In this document: positions 9,185-16,039 of the stretch, piece after piece
How the letters are laid out: every line of letters starts with the position of its first letter
Numbering within the stretch: the stretch's first letter is position 1
IMG/VR virus record: IMGVR_UViG_3300021400_000491
Span: 1-64,000 of that record
DNA length: 64,000 nucleotides
Reading direction: 5' to 3' (one strand)
Origin: a virus
Lineage: Duplodnaviria > Caudoviricetes
The notes under the pieces: model-generated
What the model saw: the letters and a program-made list of their open reading frames with translations, nothing else
Told to the model about the DNA's origin: nothing
Database searches by the model: none
Translations under genes and position numbers: made by a program

Positions 9185-11653
9185 ATGTCTAATTTGGCAG
9201 GAGCGGTAACGCTTGAAAACGAAATCGTGAAAGCGACAGACTTTCAGTATGCTCACGACCAGCAGTATAAGAACATTGCACTTGTACTGAAAACTATTGT
9301 ATCTGGGAGCGGGCATAACTTCATTCTTGGCGGTTCTGTAGCACCATATACAAACGGCGGAATGAATGTACAGGTTGACGGCTTGCTTGCGTATTGTGAC
9401 GCAAACAAGGAAGTAGGAATTGAAACAGAAATGACTAAGCCTGTTTCTGTTGAAGCTGCTGACGACACACTTGACCGTAAGGACATTGTGCAGGTTGCTA
9501 TTTCAGAAGTCGGCTTTGACGAGCAGAGCCGTGCATTTATCGACCCGGACACAAAAGTTAAGACTTTTGAACACATCAACACAAAGAAAAAAGTTGTGCT
9601 GACTATTTCTGTAAAGAAAGGTTCAAACGGTTCTGAAATTGCGCCTGCAGTTGATGAAGGTTGCGTAAAAATCGCTGAAATTTCTGTTCCGGCTGGCACT
9701 CTTAACATTACATCTGACTTGATTGAAAATGTTTCTTCAAGAGTTGCGGGCGGTGAAAATGTGAATTGGACGGCTGATAAAGATTCTACTTTTGCGCCGA
9801 TTTACCTTGCTTCACTCATTCGGAGCTATCTTACACAGCACAATGAGGATGGCACACACAAGAATAATTCCATTGTTGCGGCAATGCTGAAATTCGGCAC
9901 TGAATCCGGCTCAATCAATGCAAGCCTTTTGCCTGTTGGCGAGAGCATGACATTGAATAAGGTTTCTCACGAATCTGTAGAAAGCACAAAAGAGCTTATT
10001 AAGGCTATCGTGACTTTCTGCAATGGTGTCTATGCTTACACAAACAATATTTTCTCACGCTATGAATATCTTGAAGATGTTCCGGCAGCAGTTTCAACAG
10101 AAAATATTGATGTAACCGAAGGTGGGGAAACAACTATTGACGGCGTTTCTGTAACAGCAGGTCAGATTGTTTTCTTGAAAGACCAGACAGACAAAAAAGA
10201 AAACGGCTTGTGGGAAGTTCAGACAGGAAGCTGGAACAGAGCGGACGACTACGAAGAATCGACAACAGCCTTTGACCACAAACTTGTTTTTGCAGCAGCA
10301 GGAACAGTGAATAAGGGGAAGGTTTTCTTTTTGCCGGGCAACACTTACATAATCGGCACTGATGAACTTGATTTTACAGAAGCAAACTTCACTTCTGACA
10401 AACAGGCTCACAAATTCGTTATGCGTGACGAGAACGGACGCGCAAAAATGGCAGAGCCGGAAGAAGATGATGATATTGCTACAAAGCATTATACAGATTC
10501 ACAGGTAGCCGCTCTTGATACAACTATCGGTCGTGGTGTAAGAAATATCTGGTTTCCTCGTAAAAGATGGTTGCGTTTTGACTTCTCTGATTCTAGCCAT
10601 AAATCGGTTAAAATTGACAAGGGTGTTTATATTCCGCTTGATTCAAGCCGTGTATTCTATGCAGACACAGAAAAACACATTGATTTGTCGGAGTATTTAA
10701 CACTCGCAGGTAAAGATTATTATATTTACCTTGTACCGAATGGCGAAGGAACAAAATTTGTAGCTTCTATCAATTCATCAGCTCCTAGCGATGTTTCGGA
10801 AAATTACACAACTGAAAATACTCGCAGAATCGGACAGCTCCACACGGAATGTGTAGCAATTCCTGCTGACACAACTATGCGTCACAAAGATTCTACGGCT
10901 ATAACAGATATTCAGCCTATGCTTTTGATTCCTTATACTGACGAAGATTCAGACTTTAAGGAATTCTACACAAAAACACCTACTAACATTACAACAGGAA
11001 CAAACTTCAACACTTTCACTGTACCTCACCCTCTTGCTGGTTGGAGCGCTGGTGATATTATCCCGGAAAGTATTTTCTGTATCGGATTTATGCCGCTTTC
11101 TTCTGCCGATGGAATGTTCTATGTAAAAGAGCTTGATGTAGCTATAGACATTTATTTGCAAAGTGGAAGAGGAAGTCTTACAAAATCTGTTTACGGTGGT
11201 GCAACAACAAGAAGTAGAGCGCAGGTAAATCATACAGACGATATGCTTGCAGTCGGTAAACAGCTTCTTTCTGACGCTGAATTTACACTTGGAGCTATGG
11301 GAAGTAACGAGCAGACATCTATATCTGGTGCTGCTGAATCGTCAATTACTACCGCAGGTGGTCATGTAGATTCTGCTGGTCGCCGTATGGTCAGCGCAAG
11401 AGGTGGCGAGGACTTCTGTGGTGGAGTATGGCAATGGCTTAGAGATGTTTCTGCTAACGGCGGTTCTGATTGGTCAGATTATGCAGGTGGTGTAAAGTTT
11501 GGTCAAACTTATGGTTCTTCCTACGCCTTGCTGGCGGGCGGCGCTTGGAACAGTTCTTCGAATTGCGGTTCTCGTTCGCGGGGTGGTGACTATTCGCGTG
11601 CCATTGTGTATGCGAATTTCGGGGGGCGCGGGTCGAGCCGCATAAAAGCGTAA
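9185..11653 (+). CDS. Tail fibre / receptor-binding protein, DGR target (Mtd-like C-type lectin C-terminus)
   Basis: Follows baseplate genes; C-terminal GRRMVS.RG.EDFCGGVWQW and ALLAGGAW..SSNCGSRSR..R..V....GGRG; carries VR. Confidence 0.9.
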   Translation: MSNLAGAVTLENEIVKATDFQYAHDQQYKNIALVLKTIVSGSGHNFILGGSVAPYTNGGMNVQVDGLLAYCDANKEVGIETEMTKPVSVEAADDTLDRKDIVQVAISEVGFDEQSRAFIDPDTKVKTFEHINTKKKVVLTISVKKGSNGSEIAPAVDEGCVKIAEISVPAGTLNITSDLIENVSSRVAGGENVNWTADKDSTFAPIYLASLIRSYLTQHNEDGTHKNNSIVAAMLKFGTESGSINASLLPVGESMTLNKVSHESVESTKELIKAIVTFCNGVYAYTNNIFSRYEYLEDVPAAVSTENIDVTEGGETTIDGVSVTAGQIVFLKDQTDKKENGLWEVQTGSWNRADDYEESTTAFDHKLVFAAAGTVNKGKVFFLPGNTYIIGTDELDFTEANFTSDKQAHKFVMRDENGRAKMAEPEEDDDIATKHYTDSQVAALDTTIGRGVRNIWFPRKRWLRFDFSDSSHKSVKIDKGVYIPLDSSRVFYADTEKHIDLSEYLTLAGKDYYIYLVPNGEGTKFVASINSSAPSDVSENYTTENTRRIGQLHTECVAIPADTTMRHKDSTAITDIQPMLLIPYTDEDSDFKEFYTKTPTNITTGTNFNTFTVPHPLAGWSAGDIIPESIFCIGFMPLSSADGMFYVKELDVAIDIYLQSGRGSLTKSVYGGATTRSRAQVNHTDDMLAVGKQLLSDAEFTLGAMGSNEQTSISGAAESSITTAGGHVDSAGRRMVSARGGEDFCGGVWQWLRDVSANGGSDWSDYAGGVKFGQTYGSSYALLAGGAWNSSSNCGSRSRGGDYSRAIVYANFGGRGSSRIKA
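11524..11636 (+). repeat. DGR variable repeat (VR) ending in GC-rich IMH GGGGGGCGCGGGTCGA
   Basis: Aligns ungapped to 11809-11921 (offset 285). Confidence 0.95.
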
Positions 11654-11680
11654 GACCGCACAAAGAAAAAAGAAAAACGA

Positions 11681-11722
11681 CACCGCGTAGCGGTGCTTAG
11701 TGGTGCGGCGTAAGCCGCCCAC
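11681..11722 (+). other. Two GC-rich hairpins downstream of VR (DGR target-recognition cruciforms)
   Basis: CACCGC-GTA-GCGGTG (11681-11695); GTGG(T)GCGGC-GTAA-GCCGCCCAC (11700-11722). Confidence 0.7.
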
Positions 11723-11808
11723 ATTCTAGCTTTATTTGTAGGGATAACAGTAATTGAATCAATCAAATTATTGTTATATATTAAAAGAAGTAGTGAAAGG
11801 TTAAATCG

Positions 11809-11921
11809 CGCCTTGCTGGCGGGCGGCAATTGGAACAATTCTTCGAATTGCGGTTCTCGTGCGCGGAATGGTAACAATTCGCGTGCCAATGTGAATACGA
11901 ATATCGGGGGGCGCGGGTCGA
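11809..11921 (+). ncRNA. DGR template repeat (TR)
   Basis: 10 AAY codons plus ACG and ATC; no other adenines in the coding-frame part. Confidence 0.95.
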
Positions 11922-12036
11922 TACGGGGTAGAGTAACTCCGGCTGAATCTTTCACTCTGGCGGAATGCCTAAACACGAAAAGGAGTGGCAGCCCTACTAG
12001 TAGCAATATGCAAATGCAGGGCTGCCTTTTCTGTCT

Positions 12037-13056
12037 ATGAAAACTTGGGGTAATTTGTGGACTCCGTTTATTACGGAAGATAACTTTGGTATTGCACATA
12101 CATTAGCAGGAAAAGGAAAATCAAAGCAGAAATTAGTACAGGAATTTGAAAAAGATTCTGATGGAAACCTTGCCGAATTAAGGCAAGAAAATATAGACGG
12201 CACTTATCATACATCGAAGTATCAGAGTATGACGATTTATGAGCCGAAAAAGCGTATAATTTATGTATTACCATTCAAAGACAGAATAGAACATCACGCT
12301 ATTGTAAATGTATTAAAACCTTATTACGAGCGTTATTTTATAGCGGATAGTTACGCTTGTCTTGATGGTCGCGGACAACAGGCAGCAGTACAAAGATGTA
12401 TGCAAGCCCTTAGAAGAAATACATTTTGTATGGAAGGTGATATACATCATTTTTATCCGTCAATCTGGCATGACAAACTGTTTAATCAATACAAAGCTAA
12501 AATCAGAGATAACAGATTCCTTGAAGTATTGGAAGATAATATATATTCGTTTCCGGGAGAGAGAAATATCCCGATTGGAAACCTTACAAGTATATGGCAT
12601 GGGAATTTCCATTTAACACAATTAGATTTGTTTTGCAAACATGAGTTAGGCATACATGATTATTTGCGTTATTGTGATAATTTCTGGTTATTCGGCAATG
12701 ATAAAGCATATTTGCATGAGTGCAGAAAACGAATAGAAGAATTTATTTGGGAACAAATGGGATTGGAGTATAGCAAAGCAAATGTATTCAATGTAAAACA
12801 GGGCGTAGATTGTCTTGGCTATAGGCTTTTTGATAATTATATTCTTGTAAGGAAGAGTACGGCAAAGCGTATGAAGAATAACATAGCAAAACTTCCAGAA
12901 CAGTTTGAAGCCGGAGAATTGACCGTAGAACAGTTACGCTCTAAACTTGCAAGTGCTTCTGGTTGGTTACAACACGCCAATGCTCATAATCTTGCAATAA
13001 GTATGAGAATAGATGAAATAAGGGAAAAGTATATTCCATTGAATACAGCAGCATAG
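12037..13056 (+). CDS. DGR reverse transcriptase with atypical YCDN motif
   Basis: KKRII..PFKDRIEHHA, FIADSYAC..GRG, GDI.HFYPSI, IPIGNLTS, RYCDNF, GVDCLGY. Confidence 0.93.
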   Translation: MKTWGNLWTPFITEDNFGIAHTLAGKGKSKQKLVQEFEKDSDGNLAELRQENIDGTYHTSKYQSMTIYEPKKRIIYVLPFKDRIEHHAIVNVLKPYYERYFIADSYACLDGRGQQAAVQRCMQALRRNTFCMEGDIHHFYPSIWHDKLFNQYKAKIRDNRFLEVLEDNIYSFPGERNIPIGNLTSIWHGNFHLTQLDLFCKHELGIHDYLRYCDNFWLFGNDKAYLHECRKRIEEFIWEQMGLEYSKANVFNVKQGVDCLGYRLFDNYILVRKSTAKRMKNNIAKLPEQFEAGELTVEQLRSKLASASGWLQHANAHNLAISMRIDEIREKYIPLNTAA

Positions 13057-13074
13057 TGGGAGTATAATAGAGAT

Positions 13075-13377
13075 ATGCACAAGTTTTCAGACTTCGCAAC
13101 GGACGATGAACACCTTGAAGGTGACAAAGTTTCGTTTAAAGATATTATAGACAAGCAAATAATCATTTGGAAATACATTCAAATGCGTTCTCAATTCCAA
13201 TCAGAGTATTGCGCAATGATTCAGTTTTCTTATGAAGAAAAAGGTGTTAAGTATGTCACTTTTTCTTCTAGCGAAGTAATTCTTACGCAGCTTGAAAAGT
13301 ATAAGGAGCAAATGCCTTTTGAAGCTACAATTCAGCAAAGAAAGAGCGGGAAGCATTACTATTACATAATCACATAA
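13075..13377 (+). CDS. Small DGR-associated accessory protein, not Avd-like
   Basis: Directly after RT; F.D.....LEGDK....DI..K.I...C..IQF...V.F.SS.V..QL.KY...PF.A.I pattern, which I recall beside RT in Avd-less DGRs. Confidence 0.6.
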   Translation: MHKFSDFATDDEHLEGDKVSFKDIIDKQIIIWKYIQMRSQFQSEYCAMIQFSYEEKGVKYVTFSSSEVILTQLEKYKEQMPFEATIQQRKSGKHYYYIIT

Positions 13378-13390
13378 TTAAGAAACTCAT

Positions 13391-13490
13391 TGATTTTTAA
13401 TTCTATATATCGTATAATTTACTATAAAAGGTATTTTGTAGCAACAAAAGCCGCTGAAATGACACGCCATTGTCTTTCGGCGGCTTTTTT
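13391..13490 (+). terminator. Sigma70-like promoter followed by long intrinsic terminator before lysis genes
   Basis: TTGATT(13391)-17-TATAAT; hairpin AAAGCCGCTGAAA..TTTCGGCGGCTTT plus T tract, 13447-13490. Confidence 0.65.
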
Positions 13491-13517
13491 ATTTCTACAG
13501 GAAAAGGACTTAGGGCA

Positions 13518-14330
13518 ATGTTGGAATTCATATCTAAAAGTACACCGCTTAATCTCATTATCATAGGAATCTTTGTGTTGTGTGCGATTTTAATAATCGT
13601 AAAGACAATCAAAGAGTTATCCGTGAAAGTTGGCGACAAGAGCGTTTCTTTTTCGAGCAAGAAAACGCAGTCGGAAATTGTAAAAGTCGTAACGGATTAC
13701 GCAGATTTTAAGTACAAGATTAAGGAAGAGCAGGCAGAAGGTGTAAACGACCTGCATTTACAGGCTAAAAGGGTGGTACAGGTTCAGATTGACCAATATG
13801 TAAAAAGAATTACGGTTGATTACATGGGAGCATTGAACAAGAGCGGGGCTGAAAATGCCGGGCTTACTATAAATATCTTTTCACTTCTTATGCGAATCCT
13901 TTATAACGAAATGTACAAATTCTGCATGGAGATATACGAAAGAAATCATCTTAAAGATAAGTCGGATTCTGAATTAAAAGAACTTGCAGAAACAAACTAT
14001 CAGCGGCTTGCCGATATTTTCCGGGAATTTATGCAAACGAATTGGCTTGATGTAATGGGGGATTACGAAGTCCTTCATAATATCTGTGTGGCAGAGATAA
14101 ACTTTGTGCGGAATCTTATGTATCAGATTCTTGCTTCTTTCCGGGATTTGAGCAGTCAAAAATACGAGCTTATCAATACTATCAATGACATAGATTGCAG
14201 GGTTAGGGAGAAAGTGCAAAATAATGGCGTTCTCCCCACCAATGCAATCTCAATTCTTTCAGACCTTTACATTCCCGGAACAGGACTTAACCGAAACAGC
14301 GTAGAAAAGTGGCTATCCACAACAAAATAA
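13518..14330 (+). CDS. Hypothetical membrane-anchored helical protein of lysis region
   Basis: ORF 13470..14330, ATG 13518; one N-terminal TM segment. Confidence 0.65.
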   Translation: MLEFISKSTPLNLIIIGIFVLCAILIIVKTIKELSVKVGDKSVSFSSKKTQSEIVKVVTDYADFKYKIKEEQAEGVNDLHLQAKRVVQVQIDQYVKRITVDYMGALNKSGAENAGLTINIFSLLMRILYNEMYKFCMEIYERNHLKDKSDSELKELAETNYQRLADIFREFMQTNWLDVMGDYEVLHNICVAEINFVRNLMYQILASFRDLSSQKYELINTINDIDCRVREKVQNNGVLPTNAISILSDLYIPGTGLNRNSVEKWLSTTK

Positions 14331-14347
14331 AACAGGGGGCTAAAAAA

Positions 14348-14656
14348 ATGATTGATTCACAGCTTATCTTGAAAATTTGTGTTGCAGCTTTTGCAACTGT
14401 AGGAATTGAAGAGTACATCAAGAACTTTCTGAAAACAGAAAAGACTAAAATCTATGCTCTTATTATGATTCCGCTTTCTCTCGGTTGCTTCTTTGCCATT
14501 GAGAAATTACCAATCTGGGTAATCGGTGGGCTTCTTACAGTCGGTTGTGTGCAGATTGCTTATCAGACAATCATACAGGGATTCAAGGCTATTATTGACG
14601 GTCTTGTAGATAAACTAAAGGGAATGGGAAAAGAAAACAATGACAGCCGCGATTAA
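14348..14656 (+). CDS. Holin-like membrane protein
   Basis: About 100 aa, 2-3 hydrophobic segments, charged C-terminus, in lysis cluster. Confidence 0.5.
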   Translation: MIDSQLILKICVAAFATVGIEEYIKNFLKTEKTKIYALIMIPLSLGCFFAIEKLPIWVIGGLLTVGCVQIAYQTIIQGFKAIIDGLVDKLKGMGKENNDSRD

Positions 14657-14930
14657 ACTTCTTCTGATTGTTTGCGCCGTTTTTCTTTTTGCAGCTTTGA
14701 TTTTCTTTTTTTTGTGGCGGCTCTCTGTTGGCAAGAGAAAGTCGCAGAAGGAAACGATTGACAAGCTCGTGCAGCAGATAAACGAAGCGAAACAGACGAA
14801 TTCCGAATTGGAATACACGATTAGTGTTCTGAAAAAGAACAGGGAGAAAGCAAATGAAAAAATCAATGATTTGCATAATGGCGATGTTCTTGGCAATGCT
14901 CTTGATAGGTTGCACAAGCACAAAGGTTGA
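14640..14930 (+). CDS. Inner-membrane spanin (Rz-like)
   Basis: N-terminal TM, then coiled coil; overlaps lipoprotein gene. Confidence 0.65.
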   Translation: MTAAIKLLLIVCAVFLFAALIFFFLWRLSVGKRKSQKETIDKLVQQINEAKQTNSELEYTISVLKKNREKANEKINDLHNGDVLGNALDRLHKHKG

Positions 14931-15132
14931 GTACATCGAAAAGCCTTATTTGCCAGAACTGAACTTTCCTTTTTTTCCCGAATTGTACGGCGATGTAAGA
15001 AACCCGGACGACACAGTAACAGTGCCGGGAGATTGGATTATCCAGATTAGTGACTTCCAGATTTACTATGAGGAATTGGAAGATAACTACAACGACTTGA
15101 AAAAGAAGTATAAGGGAGAAAGTGACAAATGA
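14854..15132 (+). CDS. Outer-membrane lipoprotein spanin (Rz1-like)
   Basis: Signal peptide with lipobox LIG-C, proline-rich mature region; RBS AGGGAG. Confidence 0.7.
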   Translation: MKKSMICIMAMFLAMLLIGCTSTKVEYIEKPYLPELNFPFFPELYGDVRNPDDTVTVPGDWIIQISDFQIYYEELEDNYNDLKKKYKGESDK

Positions 15133-15554
15133 GCATGACATTAACACAGTTCATAAACACATACAAGGGTACGAAAGTTGATTACAAAGACGAAAACTTC
15201 AAGGGTGACGGCTCTTTTCAGTGCGTAGATTTGGCGCGACAGTATTACAAAGATGTTCTGAATGTTCCGCAGTTTCCGGCTCTCGGTGCTGACGGCGGGG
15301 CAAAGGATATTATCAAGAATCCGGGCAGCAAGCTGAAAGTCATAAAAGAAGATTTGCTTGCTGATTATTCTGCAGGCGATGTCCTTGTCTGGGGAGCGAG
15401 CAAAACAAACAAATACGGTCATGTCGCTATTCTTGTGGCAATCTACAACACGAAGTATTTCATTGTTCTTGAACAGGACGGCTTCAAGCAGGACGGCGTA
15501 AAACTTGCTTTCAGAAGCCGTGAGAATCTTTTGGGCGGATTGTACAAGGCTTAA
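15129..15554 (+). CDS. CHAP-domain endolysin
   Basis: QCVDLAR (catalytic Cys), AGDVLVW, YGHVAI (catalytic His), VLEQD. Confidence 0.88.
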   Translation: MSMTLTQFINTYKGTKVDYKDENFKGDGSFQCVDLARQYYKDVLNVPQFPALGADGGAKDIIKNPGSKLKVIKEDLLADYSAGDVLVWGASKTNKYGHVAILVAIYNTKYFIVLEQDGFKQDGVKLAFRSRENLLGGLYKA

Positions 15555-15614
15555 AGGGGAAAATGGGCGGTATGCTCATAAATATAAAATGCCTTTTAAG
15601 GCAGGGGGTAAGAT

Positions 15615-15965
15615 ATGAAAAAGAATATTTTTCTTATCATTGGTTTGCTGATGGTTGTTGCAGGTGTCGCTATTGCGTACTTTGCAAAGTTTGAGCTTGC
15701 CGACATGACAGGTTTTGCACTTACAATGTTTGGTGCAGGAATTGCCACTTCACAGCTTTGGCAGAAACGCGACAAGACACAGAAAACATGGCTTGCCTTT
15801 CTTGCGGTTAGCTTGGTCGGTATCGGCGCATATCTGCTTGGATTCGGCGGATTCAGCAAGGAAACAATGACAACTGTAATGACTATGGTTTTTGGACTTG
15901 TGGGAATTATTGCCGGACTTATTATTGCTGCCATTCAGTCAAAGAACGCAAAGCAGATTGAATGA
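15615..15965 (+). CDS. Four-TM membrane protein (holin/antiholin candidate)
   Basis: 116 aa, almost entirely hydrophobic helices; follows endolysin. Confidence 0.55.
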   Translation: MKKNIFLIIGLLMVVAGVAIAYFAKFELADMTGFALTMFGAGIATSQLWQKRDKTQKTWLAFLAVSLVGIGAYLLGFGGFSKETMTTVMTMVFGLVGIIAGLIIAAIQSKNAKQIE

Positions 15966-15984
15966 TTTTTTACTAAGGCTTGAA

Positions 15985-16015
15985 AAACCGCTCTCTTTTT
16001 GCAAGGGAGCGGTTT
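15985..16015 (+). terminator. Intrinsic terminator-like hairpin
   Basis: AAACCGCTCTC..GGGAGCGGTTT. Confidence 0.55.
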
Positions 16016-16039
16016 ATCTGTTTTCTTTGAGGTGATTTT

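Larger units (their letters stand above)
9185..13377 (+). mobile_element. Diversity-generating retroelement cassette: target(VR) - hairpins - TR - spacer - RT - accessory gene
   Basis: 113-bp VR/TR pair with 11 of 12 mismatches at TR adenines; adjacent DGR-class RT. Confidence 0.95.

Noticed and set aside
11752-11761. AATTGAATCA complementary to the 57509-57518 terminator loop
   Set aside because: A 10-bp AT-rich match is within chance expectation.
11771-12040. 89-aa ORF resembling the fibre C-terminus
   Set aside because: It is the open frame of the DGR template repeat, with TTG start and no RBS; TRs are typically stop-free.
12037-13056. RT as group II intron, retron or Abi RT
   Set aside because: No maturase/X domain or msr-msd; PIGNLTS signature and adjacent adenine-specific TR/VR identify a DGR RT.
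13075-13377. Calling the accessory gene avd
   Set aside because: Predicted mixed beta pattern and downstream position do not fit the four-helix Avd family.
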